NCBI GenBank assembly: GCA_001938485.1
Contig: MQRK01255104.1
Span: forward strand, 108,609-172,608
Direction: 5' to 3'
Source: Girardia tigrina
Lineage: Eukaryota
DNA: 64,000 nt
The position numbers were made by a program, and so were the translations under genes. Under the pieces are notes generated by a model. That model searched no databases and was not told where the DNA came from. It saw only the letters and a list, made by a program, of their open reading frames with translations. Position 1 is the first letter of the stretch; every line of letters starts with the position of its first letter. Positions 52,301 to 64,000 of this stretch are shown piece by piece.

Positions 52301-54329
52301 AGGTAGTCAAAACGTTTGAGTAGTCAACTTAGGGGTGTACCGACCACTGTAGAGGTCTAAGGTGGAAATTTCCCAGAGACACCCATATTAGGATTATCTT
52401 TATATAAGATTTTAATATATAAAACTAAAAATATTTGAAATATTTATTGGTTATTTAAAAAAAAACATTAATATATTTTTCCAGTAAAATTGAAAATTTC
52501 AATTGAAAGCTTTACAAAAACTATTAAGATCATTATTATCAAAACTATTATTTGAAAGATCATTTTTATCTGTTTTAATTTTGAAAAAAAAACTTTTCTA
52601 ACAAGAAAAAATAAAACATACTTTGTTGAAAAAAATCTAAGAGATAAATATAAATGAGGGACTGATTTTTTAAAAATTTATTTCCACTATAAGCTTTAAC
52701 ATTTTCAAATCAAACAATTTTTACCTTCTTGTTTTTAGCTGTGATTACTTGAAGCAGATATACTAATTGTGTCATTTCTAGGAAATTTATTCTTCTTCAA
52801 TGTCCTCAAAAGTTTTTATGTGGCTAGTGTAAGGATGTGTGAATTATTATTATTATGGTTGATAATTATTATTGAAATTATTATTATAAACATATTATTA
52901 TCATTATTAGATATATGTGGAAAGTATGCGTGAATATGAAGTATGAAATTGAGTAATATGATTGAGAGTTTGATGATATAATGTATGTATATAATAGTGT
53001 GCGGTGTCAATCATGTGGAGCTAACCCAGCAGATCTCCCTAATCCAGTTATGCAACCGGATCGAGGTGTGTTTGTATATAAGATAGAATGATTAGTTTAT
53101 TATTGTGTTATTAATATATCTTAGCAAATAATCTTGTCTTTTAACAGCTAGTAATAGGAAGGTATGGGAGTCTTTGTCTGAACTGAATTTCTTATTTTTG
53201 ATAGACCGAGTGGATTCGAATACAATCAAAGAATCGTGTTTGACGACAGTAACAGGTATTTCAATCTGACCCATGATCCTGAACGGACATGATAAAAAAT
53301 AAAATTTAACCGGAACGTGAGAACAGGTCTAGTGATCAGCAGATGGTGTTGTTTTCTGAAATATTACGAAACAAGGCCAGAGAAAGATCCAATCGGTCGT
53401 CAAAAGGAGAGTCGACTGGAACGACGACGAGCGATGGGCAAGACTGGGTTAAATGATTGAGAGTTGGCATAACCACTGTATGGGATGTTGTCTGAGAACA
53501 GATATTTTGGAAGGAGGTTGACTTTATCGAATATTAGCGTCCCCATTCCTCTTCCAAGATATATAGATAATTTTCATTGAGATTTTTTTGTATTGTCTTG
53601 TTGACCAAATATTACATTATTTTATTGGGATAACTTGGTCGTGGTCACTTGGAGCACATTTTGCATGATCATTTTTTATATTGCTGCGCATTGACCAATT
53701 CAATATTTTTTGTGGCCCACGTTCCCTACGTTTAATTCTTAATATTTCTTTTGGCTACCTCTTTATACACAAACAGCTAGATGACAATCTTACCATTAAC
53801 CAGACAAACTACATCGTTATCAATCAAGTAAAATTATTAATCTTAATTGTTCATTTAAAGTAGCGATAACTGGAAAGATTTATCCCAAATGTAAACATTA
53901 TTTCGGTACAAAGGGAATAAATTTTTAATTTTTACAGTTACGTTTTGATAAATATTTACTACCAAAATTTCCATAAAAGTTTAATTTATAAATTGTATAT
54001 TTATGTTTTATACATATAAATTCATTATACATTTTTCTGTTATCATATTAGATCATTATAAATTTTATAATTACGTTTTAAAATAAAGTATCAGAATAAT
54101 CCGAATATCAAAAATATTTAAAATATTCATCTTTCATCTCGGTAAGGTAACAATTCCAAAACAATATGCCAAATGCAACTTTTAATAAACATTGTAAACA
54201 GTGTGCATTGTGGGAAGTGTTATATAAAGGTTACCAACAATAATCTCTATTTAACACACACACACATATATAGTTTATATGTATAAGTTATAAAAAAATG
54301 ACAAATATTTGTTTTGTTCAACGATAAAT

Positions 54330-54780
54330 TATCTTTCAAGTGATCATTGAGATATTTTAATTATTTTTACGATTTACCACAATGATTACATTTGAAGAGT
54401 ATTTTTTTCGAATTACGCTTATCAAAATTATTGACATAAAATTGGAACTGGTTGATTGAGCAAGTCTTTCCAAATGAAAGGTTTAATCGATTTATCTGAT
54501 TCCAGTTTTGAGGCTTCCATTTGGGCATTATTGATCACAGAGCGATAACAATTATTGAAATGATACTTAAAATGGAATAACGTATTAAATCGTTTGTTAC
54601 ACAAGGGACAAGAGTATTTCATTTTATTCGGTGAATGAAGTTCGCAAGAATATTCCTTCATTTTCCAATGTGACTTGTAATGATTTTTCAGGATCGATTT
54701 CAATCGGAAAAACTTGTGACACGTGTAACATAGAAATGGCTTCTGCTGAGTGTTGATACGAATTAATGCCTCGGTCGTTA
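54330..54780 (-). pseudogene. C2H2 zinc-finger gene remnant (two recognisable fingers plus a broken third)
   Basis: KPFLCYTCHKFFRLKSILKNHYKSH and YSCPLCNKRFNTLFHFKYHFNNC, then after a stop LFKCNHCGKS*K*LKYLNDH. Confidence 0.75.
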
Positions 54781-54851
54781 AGGAAAAAAATAATAATCCA
54801 TTATTGATTCAAATACATTGGATCAAATTTCAATTTTTCTTTAAATAAATA

Positions 54852-55872
54852 CAGGGTGCGGCAGCTATTTGAGAACACGTAATATAGACACCATATCTTT
54901 TTGTGTGTTATAATTACATAATTTTATTTTTGCTGGTAGACATGGCAGAAGCTACTCTTANNNNNNNNNNNNNNNNNNNNNNNNNNNNNNNNNNNNNNNN
55001 NNNNNNNNNNNNNNNNNNNNNNNNNNNNNNNNNNNNNNNNNNNNNNNNNNNNNNNNNNNNNNNNNNNNNNNNNNNNNNNNNNNNNNNNNNNNNNNNNNNN
55101 NNNNNNNNNNNNNNNNNNNNNNNNNNNNNNNNNNNNNNNNNNNNNNNNNNNNNNNNNNNNNNNNNNNNNNNNNNNNNNNNNNNNNNNNNNNNNNNNNNNN
55201 NNNNNNNNNNNNNNNNNNNNNNNNNNNNNNNNNNNNNNNNNNNNNNNNNNNNNNNNNNNNNNNNNNNNNNNNNNNNNNNNNNNNNNNNNNNNNNNNNNNN
55301 NNNNNNNNNNNNNNNNNNNNNNNNNNNNNNNNNNNNNNNNNNNNNNNNNNNNNNNNNNNNNNNNNNNNNNNNNNNNNNNNNNNNNNNNNNNNNNNNNNNN
55401 NNNNNNNNNNNNNNNNNNNNNNNNNNNNNNNNNNNNNNNNNNNNNNNNNNNNNNNNNNNNNNNNNNNNNNNNNNNNNNNNNNNNNNNNNNNNNNNNNNNN
55501 NNNNNNNNNNNNNNNNNNNNNNNNNNNNNNNNNNNNNNNNNNNNNNNNNNNNNNNNNNNNNNNNNNNNNNNNNNNNNNNNNNNNNNNNNNNNNNNNNNNN
55601 NNNNNNNNNNNNNNNNNNNNNNNNNNNNNNNNNNNNNNNNNNNNNNNNNNNNNNNNNNNNNNNNNNNNNNNNNNNNNNNNNNNNNNNNNNNNNNNNNNNN
55701 NNNNNNNNNNNNNNNNNNNNNNNNNNNNNNNNNNNNNNNNNNNNNNNNNNNNNATCCTTTGGACTTTTACGTGTGGGGCGTAGTTGAGAGGGACTCCAAT
55801 AGTCATTCCCACAACACCATTACAGCTCTCAAATCTGCTATAGTGGATGCAATGGCAAACATTCCAAAGACT
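54852..55872 (+). mobile_element. Tc1/mariner-superfamily (maT/rosa-like) element, mostly in an assembly gap, 3' truncated
   Basis: TA followed by a CAGGGTG terminus at 54852. After the gap it translates PLDFYVWGVVERDSN...HNTITALKSAIVDAMANIP, the C-terminal region following SPDLNP. Confidence 0.75.
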
Positions 55873-56535
55873 TCCAAATATTCTTCACACGTAAAAATAA
55901 TATGATGAATCTTAAATTACAAAATTTATACGATTAAATCCTTCAACACATTTATTTTTATTTATCTATTTTATTAGATCAAATGTTTAAATACTTAAAA
56001 AAAGATATTTAAATAATTAAATCAAAATTTAGTTTGTATTTTTCTCAATTTGTTTTTTTTATTTTCGTTTTGATTACGTATATTTTGATAAAAAGATTTT
56101 TATAAATTATAAATTATAAAGTATTTTCTTTTTATATTCCAGATTCGACAATAAAATTATTTTCTTGTTACAAAATTATGAAAATACAATATTCACATAA
56201 ATTATTTTATAAAGGTTCCACAACTCAAATGCCGGTAATATTTAGTTATTTTTGTAAAAAGTGAGTCAAATGAATTAATTATTATATTAAATTATTACTT
56301 TTTTAAAACGTGACTGCCGAACTTCAATAAAAATCAAGATTTTTAAAATACGTTATGTAAAGAATAGTAGCTATATAGAATAATTTTTAATAGAATAAAA
56401 TTTATTTATGGTCTCCAATTTTGATGAGGTTTGTGCTGCAAACAGCTTTTCTAACACGTTAAATGGGTTAAATATAATCAAACGGTGGTGATTTTTTGTC
56501 TAAAAAATAATACAATACTCATTTAGGATTATATA

Positions 56536-57703
56536 CCGTGTTCTCCCTATTACAAACCATGGCTTGTAATAAATTTTTGACAAAAAAAGCGATGGTGACT
56601 TGAATTGAGTTAGTGGCATGTATTAATTTTTATTAAACAAATTATTTTAAAAAGTTAATAAAAATTTAAATAAAATTAAGTATAATAGAATCATATGTAA
56701 TACATCACTTTAACATATCAACAATAAGTATACTAAATATAATATCTTATAATTTCAACAAATAAGTCTAACGGCAAATAACAAAATTTATTCAAAAACA
56801 ATAGTTTCATCATGCCAGTCAACATCCTCGCCAAATCTCTTCAATTCACCGGCTTGTTCTGTTGTTTTTTCCAAAATATTTTTAATTTTCTCACCATAAA
56901 TTTGATATTTATAAATTAAAGTTTTTGAAAAGCTTTGATCAAGCACTAAAATCATTTTTTTATTATCTTCGGGTGATCATGGTCTATGATTTAGTAATTC
57001 ATCCTGTAACTTCATCGATTGTAGGTTTGGTTAAATTTCCTCGAGCGTTTCTTACCATTCAATGTAGTTGTTAATTTCTTCTCTTAAATAATCTGTGAAA
57101 GGCTTATTTATCCTCTAAACCAATATATCTTCAAGCATAGGAAGGATGACTTTTCTCTCGCCATCCTCGATTCTAGATGTTCTTATTTGTATTTCTGAAC
57201 CTCTAAATTTGATTTCATTAGCCATCAAACGTTTAACCATTCGTAAATCAAGCATTTTTCCAAGACAAAACGCAGCCATCGATTGGTTTGAAGAATGAAA
57301 TACTTCTATAATTTTAAGTTTAAACTAAAAAGTATAGTTTTTTCTCGAGACTTGGTGAGTCATGCTTTAATTTAAAAAAAAACAATATTTATGCAATTTT
57401 TTTACGAAGATTAATGTATGTTTTTTTTATCAAATTTAAAATAAACACGATATTTTGAAAAAAAATTTTTATTATTACTATTTTTTTCTAAATGTTCCCC
57501 CACTTCAAAAAAAATTCAAAATTCATGTAAATGAATAAAAAAGCGTATTTTTTAATACTTTGATTTTTTTACAATATATTTTCTGGTGGCTAATAATAAG
57601 GTAGGCTGTATTAATTTTTTTTATTTAGTTTGTATTTTTCTCAATTTGTTTTTTATTTTCGTTTTGATAAATAATGGAAAGGCTTGTAATAGGGAGAACA
57701 CGG
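56536..57703 (-). mobile_element. Internally deleted pogo-like DNA transposon (1168 bp)
   Basis: 23-bp TIRs CCGTGTTCTCCCTATTACAA(A/G)CC (22/23), with TA TSDs at 56534-35 and 57704-05. Minus-strand remnant GERKVILPMLEDILV resembles the start of a CENP-B HTH. Confidence 0.85.
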
Positions 57704-58321
57704 TATATTTAACATGGATAAAAGGTCTTCCATAAAAGTATGTAAAAATAAAAAAAGAAAAAGAGTAGAAGACGCAAGGGATGTGAATGGACACGTTTAT
57801 GTATCAGACAGGTTTCAAAATATAATACTCATTCTTGAATTGGATCCAAATATAAATATTTTTTTTGTAAAATATAAAAGGAGACAAAGTCATTCTAGGA
57901 AAAGTTTATGTTATAAAAGCAAGAAAATTTATCAAAATGATAATTTATTTATAATCTCCTATTTCATCATTCACAGACCAAATTTTGGACAATGAGTCTT
58001 GTTCTCTTTTTGAAATTGAAAAAAAATTAATAGTTCAGTCAAGTTAGAGAATGACAAGAAGGACATGATATTGTATGAGATACAATAAAAGAATATAAAT
58101 ACATTTTTAATTAGAGTAATCAACTGAGCAATTAATAATTTAAAAGATTCTATTGATAATTTTGAATTCTACTGGTAAATCTTTTGAAGCCATTTAATTT
58201 TATGGAACAAAGTTACTGACAATTGAAATACAATAAATAAAGACGACTATTTTTAGACCTTTTGTTGATAAAATAAGGCATATTGTTACGCTTCGTAATA
58301 ATAAAACTAGTAAATCAAATA

Positions 58322-59005
58322 ATTAAATTTTTTATATCCATTATTTATGCAGACAGAACTCTACTTTGCCAATAAAGTTTTAATTAATGAAATAATTTTA
58401 GAAAAACACAATAAAAAATTAATATAAACTACTTATAATTTAAAAGTAGATCTTTTTCAATTAATATTTTTCAGCAACTCCTAATTTACCGTTTTTCCCA
58501 TTTGGGGACCTTAACAAGTTTTTTTTGATCAAATTTTTACATAATCATTTATTGTCATCGAGAATGAGTAAGTGTCAATAGATTGGAGAAAACTGTTTGA
58601 GTAGAATGTCTTCAAAAATAGATTTCTAAATTTCATGGATACATATATAAATATATCAAAATATTTAATTTTTTATATCCATTCTTTAAGCAGACAAAAC
58701 TCTACTTTGCCAACAAAGTTTTTAAAATTTAAAAAATTTGAAATTAAATAAAATTTAATTAAAAAACACATTAAAAATTAATATAAACTACTTATAATTT
58801 ATAAGTAGATATCTTGCAATTAATATTGTTCGAGAACTCCGAATTTTCTGTTTTTTCCCATTGTGGGATCTTAAAAAGTTTTTTTCGATCACATTTTTAC
58901 ATGATCATTTATTCTCATCGAGAATGAGTAAGTGCGCAAAATTTGAAGAAAATCAATTGAGTACAAGGCCTTCAAAAATAGGTTTCTAGATTCCATGGAT
59001 TTATA
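58322..59005. repeat. Tandem duplication of a ~340-360 bp non-autonomous element fragment
   Basis: Two colinear copies (tatatccatt...actctactttgcc...gatca.atttttacat...gagaatgagtaagtg...cttcaaaaatag), followed by (TA)n. Confidence 0.85.
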
Positions 59006-59008
59006 TAT

Positions 59009-59045
<37 letters not shown>

Positions 59046-59235
59046 TTTCAAAGATTTTTTTAAAACAAGTTATAAAAATTAATTTTTATGTAAAAAATAA
59101 TAAATGTTCCAGACATTTCTTGTATGTTTTTTAAATGTGTTGTTACCAAGCGACTTTTGTGTGTTGACATTCAGTGATTGAAATTGAGATTTTGTACTTG
59201 ATAAAAGTAAATGTTGAATAAGTGGTGCTTACATC

Positions 59236-59412
59236 AATTTTGTGTTCTGATTTTTGAAAAAAAATGTTATCAAAATAAAATATCCATCTGAGACGAAATC
59301 AGTCAAATTACGAACTGATCGAATGATTCTCGTGCTTGAACAATGTATAAAAGTGTACGATTTAAAAGCTTTACCTAAACGTATGATTGAATGTCAAACT
59401 GGAGAAAACCGG
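59236..59412 (+). pseudogene. WIPI3/WIPI4 (WDR45-family PROPPIN) fragment
   Basis: LKKNVIKIKYPSETKSVKLRTDRMILVLEQCIKVY...QTGEN resembles the WDR45B-type [36 protein letters not shown]...ETCYN (recalled, not searched). The upstream Trp position is TGA. Confidence 0.65.
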
Positions 59413-60077
59413 AGGGATAAAAAGGTCGGACGTGTAGCTGCTTTGAATTCGACACTATGAAATTGAAACATACAAACCCCCATCAACTTTTGTGTCCATC
59501 AAAATCCATTTTCAACTGTGGTTCTGAAAAATGACTTTTTTGAAATTGGAACTGAATATGAACATTTGGAACAGGAGGTCACCGAAGTCTTGATCCTGCC
59601 GCCCTGGATGTACTCTTACAATCATACAATTATAGAATTAGAACGCAACAGGGGGTTGAAGAGGATAAAGTCAAAGGCCATGAATTATCCGAAGATGAAG
59701 AAGAAGTCTCTTTCCCATATAAGAAGCCGGTTGGAGATTAGTCTGAGGATGAAAAAAACCATCATGGGAGGAAGAGATATCCTCCAATGATGAGTTGAAA
59801 GGGTTTGAGTGAAAGTGTCGGACTTGACTGAAACGATCACCTAATTGAAGGGTTCGGAGGGAAGGCCGCGAGAAAAGAACCCCTGTGAAAACCAGGGCAC
59901 ATGTTGAGGACGGCTACGGCTCGAAACATAGTGCGTATGAATATATGTTCCAACTGGGCACTTTTGCTCACTGACGAAAAAAATTTATTGACAAAAATAT
60001 ATTTGTAATTTATAAAAAATCATGTGTAAAAAATGAATGAATAATGTTTTTTTATGTTTGTTAGATAAAAAGTATTA

Positions 60078-61346
60078 TTAGGGTGAACCAAAAGTCTTTT
60101 CGTACTTTCTGCGTCTTTTTGTTCAATTGTTTCTTATTACCAAATAAAGATATTTTATATACATGTGTTATATGTTTTTATAGCTCTTGAACTGCTCTAT
60201 CACAATATATATTAAAACTTCTAATTAGTCGTTAATATAATTTTTATGGAAAATTTTGAAATTCGTGTTCTTTTACACCATTACTGGAAACAGGGCTTAA
60301 ACGCAACTGCAACAACAAAGAAGATATGCGAAGTTGAAAGCGATAATGTGGTCTCAAATCGTACTGCGCAAAATTGGTTCAAAAGGTTCAATGAAGGCGA
60401 CATTGACCTGGGAGACAATGCACGTTCAGACCGACCTATCACCGTAAATTCCGGAGCAATCCGTGAAGCCGTCGATAGAAATCCGTCAGTAAGTACTCGC
60501 AGATTGTTGGTCAAACTCGATATTCCTCAAACATCAATTGTACGACACCTTCACGCTCTTGGCAAGGTCAATAGACGATGTCGAGAAGTGCCTCATGAAT
60601 TGACACAAATTCAAGCCAAAAAGCGTTTCGAAACTTGTCAAAAATTGCTTGAAAATCCGCGCGATGACCGTTTCATCCGTCGAATTGTAACTTGCAATGA
60701 AAAGTGGGTTTACTTCAGTAATCCAGACCAACAACATCAATGGTTGGACCTAGGCCAAATGGCGAAACCGGTAGCGAAACGAGATCGTTTCTCAAGGAAG
60801 GCACTTTTGTGTGTTTGGTGGAATTTCGAAGGCATGATTCACTTCGAGCTGGTTCCAAATGGTCGTACCATCGACGCTGACCTTTACTGCGTCCAACTTG
60901 ATCGAATGTATGCGGCACTTGGCGAGAAATACCCCGCTTTGATCAATCGAAAGTGAGTACTTCTACAACAGGACAATGCAAAACCGCACACCGCCAAACA
61001 AACAAATGAAAAAATCAAAAATCTCGACACCTTGGAACTTCTTCCGCACCCAGCGTATAGTCCGAACCTTGCGCCATCCGACTATCACTTTATCCGCTCT
61101 ATGGCACACTTTCTTCGTGGTCGCAGCTTCAATAATCTGGCTGAGGTCGAAAACAGGTGTCACCAGTTCTTCGCTTCTAAGAGTAGGGATTGGTACCGCA
61201 GCGGGATCGCACAACTTGCCCATAGATGGGTTCAAGCTATTGATTCAAATGGCCTTTACTTTGAAACTTAAATGTTTTTTATTTGTTGTAAAATTATGTT
61301 TAAATTTTTAAAAAAAATATACGAAAAGACTTTTGGTTTACCCTAA
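60078..61346 (+). mobile_element. Full-length mariner (1269 bp) with DD35D-spaced transposase
   Basis: 27-bp TIRs TTAGGGT(G/A)AACCAAAAGTCTTTTCGTA (26/27), with TA TSDs at 60076-77 and 61347-48. Confidence 0.96.
60246..61271 (+). pseudogene. Mariner transposase, 341 codons in one frame with a single nonsense codon
   Basis: ORFs 60246-60956 and 61032-61271 are in the same frame, separated only by TGA at 60954. Motifs EVPHEL, VTCNEKW (first D is N), QDNAKPH and YSPNLAPSDY. Confidence 0.93.
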
Positions 61347-63636
61347 TATTATTTTTTAAAAAAAATTAAAACTTGTTGTTTGACAGAGGTAAATGCACTT
61401 GCGAATTAAAAAACGAGATAAATTTTTATACATATGAAGAAAAATAAAGTATTTCGATAATTTTCGAGTTTTGTTTCAATAAAAAGAAAATATAATTGAT
61501 TGAATATGACGTATATTAATGATGGAGAAGTCGAATATATTGGGATCATGATTTCATTAAAGAAGCCTTGTATGGAGAATTGAAGGCTCTCAGTCACGAA
61601 ACGAAAAGAAATTATAATCGTCCAGCAATTCGCCGATGAACTGGTAATAAGATGAAAACATAGTTTAATCCTATTTTTCTTGATCGATGCAGATTGATTC
61701 TTCATTTATCGGATTTGTGTTGTTTCGAGAGAACGTTATTTGATTATAATAATTGCCTGGTGCCGCCGAGGTGGAGAGCCACGGCGGTGAGGAGTTACAA
61801 TCACACAGCTGCACCCGCTCTGCGACCAACTAGGACGTTTCTTGCAACCGATTCTACAAAAGATATTGCGGATAGATGTAGTCACGTTTTAAAATTTTAT
61901 AAACGTTTAAACTGTCTTCGTTTATTGTAATAAACGTTTAAAAACATGTAAATGATCTCTAACTTCATGAAGAAACATCGCGACTAAGCTATATTTTCTT
62001 CAAAATCCATTCATTTTGATAATTCCATGGATTATAAATTTATTGTAGAAAATGTTTACAAGAAATTCTTAAACATACAATTTTGTTCGAACAGTTGATA
62101 CAAAAATAATCGTCTAGTCGCAATAAGCACATCGTGTTTACATATCTGTCACATTCAAGGAATGCTGCATGAAAATTCTTCGATATCATCTTTTAGTTTG
62201 ATGCCGACTTTGATGATTCGACTGTATGAAGAAGAGTATATTTTAAAAATTACAACTCTGAACAAAAAGTCTACAGTGTAAAAAGGGCTATGTGCTCACC
62301 GTAGGTTTAAATTGCAGCAGCTGCAACAACTTTGTACTAGACCTACGATGTGCTTGTAGTAATTTTTTTTCAGTATAGTATCAGCTCATGTGTATGTGTA
62401 CGTTCTCACAAATTTAAATAAGGTTTAACTTCGCTTTTGTCAGTTTATATGAACCTTAATGTCAGAAGTAGTTATTTTAATGCACTAATATAGATGTGAC
62501 TTCGCATCGCAGATTGTAATGTAAATACAGTAAATACATCTAGTAGATACACACACACTCATCCACAAACTTTTACATATGTAGTGTATGTGAGACTGTG
62601 TGTTCCATGAAAAAGTATTTGTTATTATTAGAAAACTCCGTCCGCCACCTTTTACAAGAGAAGAAAATGAATGATTAACAGAAGTTAATTGTTTAATCTA
62701 TCCAAATTTTATCTTTTGAAAAAGCACTCAGAAAATTTCAATGAAAAATTTAAAAGGGCTGTGTCAAGTCAAATGCATATGATACGAGAAACAGTTTGAT
62801 TTAACAGAATATGGGTGAATTGTGCATGTACCCCCCACAATTTCCATATTTTGCATTTATAGTTCCACGAAAAAGCTCAATAGATTGGTACAATGTGTTC
62901 TTTAAAAGTGAATAGGCCTCAGATAGCCTGATAAAAGATTCAAAAAATGAAGATGAACTTAAGAATTACACGTTCGTTTATAAATTGCTAAACTTTTTAA
63001 CGTTATAGAAAACGTTTAAACGCTTAACCCAGCTCTAGTTGCGAGCATATACATAATTTCATTCGGTAAAAACACCTCGATGATATCCATGGCAGGCAGT
63101 TATGATGGGGTTTGTCTTCATTGGTATCGAATGATGATCATTCTGAGAGCTTATCTGCAAACAATACGAGGGATAGTTTCAGTTCAGATGGTCAAGTTGT
63201 AGATTATGATCTTCTTGGCCATAGTAAATTTGTTGCTTGTGCCATTCTTACTGGTGCATTATCTTCAACAAAATTTGTTTGGCAACGATTAGCGACGTGA
63301 TAAACCTTAGGGTCGCTGTCCTATGGGTTCGAGTACTCTTGTTCCCCATCTAGCTGTCAAAAACACCAACAAAGGTTTAAAGCTTGAAACAAAAAGTATT
63401 CAAGTGATGTTCACCCAAATAATTTAATAATGCCTGTCGTTCGTTTGGAAACGCCATATTCTTTAATTCTAAGATGCTGCACTTTTAGTGGTTTAGATTG
63501 TTTTATCATTTTTTACTGGACAAATACTAGTATGACCAACTCCATTTAATATACAATTAATTAGTTATTCATTTTTGAAAACTTTTTTTAACAAAAACTA
63601 TTTAATATCAAAACATGATCTGGTAATAAGACAAAT

Positions 63637-63987
63637 TTAGTTTGTATGATTGTTGTATTCTGTTGTTTTTTGAATGACATAAATGTGACCTAGATGCACC
63701 TTATTTCTGCCCCAACGGTCTTGTTCTGCATTGTAATGGGAGCGAAATCGGCAATCAAAATAAACTTTACCATCGGTGAATGGGACTTGAAAAATGTAGC
63801 ACAGGTCGCCATCAAGCCAAATTGTGTTCATACATCGTGATCTGACGGCGCAAATTGGACTGGTCAGAGGATTCATGAACAAATCGCCCATGACAGACAA
63901 AATTGAAATCAATTTCGTGTCGAAATATATTGAAAATTCGAATTGAACACACGCATCATATATTTTTATCATTACACAGTTTGCCAT
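63637..63987 (-). CDS. Possible terminal exon or ORF of unknown function (may continue beyond the window)
   Basis: 116-codon stop-free frame with complex composition and higher GC than its flanks. No recognised motif. Confidence 0.2.
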   Translation of the reverse strand: MANCVMIKIYDACVQFEFSIYFDTKLISILSVMGDLFMNPLTSPICAVRSRCMNTIWLDGDLCYIFQVPFTDGKVYFDCRFRSHYNAEQDRWGRNKVHLGHIYVIQKTTEYNNHTN

Positions 63988-64000
63988 TGCATCACCTGTT

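Noticed and set aside
61870-63030. AAACGTTT clusters at both ends suggesting a DNA transposon with subterminal repeats
   Set aside because: No defined TIR pair or TSD could be located, and no transposase motif was recognised.

Overview
This is a very AT-rich eukaryotic (animal-like) region from a gapped short-read assembly, with 8 N-gaps that mostly lie inside transposons or (TA)n tracts. The composition, ~50-nt GT-AG introns and cecropia-like mariners would fit an invertebrate such as a planarian flatworm, but that is inference only. No intact host gene, RNA gene or prokaryotic-type system is visible. The window is a nested transposon graveyard. It holds several hAT elements (two with perfect 8-bp TSDs), a piggyBac-type MITE, pogo/Tigger elements and MITEs, three mariners, a Tc1/maT-like remnant, and a near full-length degenerate Ty3/Gypsy element with an inverted pol fragment inside it. 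One of the mariners has an unusual DD35D spacing and only a single nonsense codon. The least ordinary observations are four. (i) Two independent insertions of a ~1.1-kb TGTT...AACA element, each with its own perfect 5-bp TSD (solo-LTR architecture), carry a Cys-rich PHD/RING-like ORF. (ii) Short orphan fragments resemble host genes: histone H1, ubiquitin, myosin II motor and WIPI3/4. (iii) A degenerate C2H2 zinc-finger gene is present as an inverted paralog pair. (iv) A dispersed degenerate repeat family keeps conserved ~50-nt introns. No convincing new complete biological system can be demonstrated from the sequence alone.
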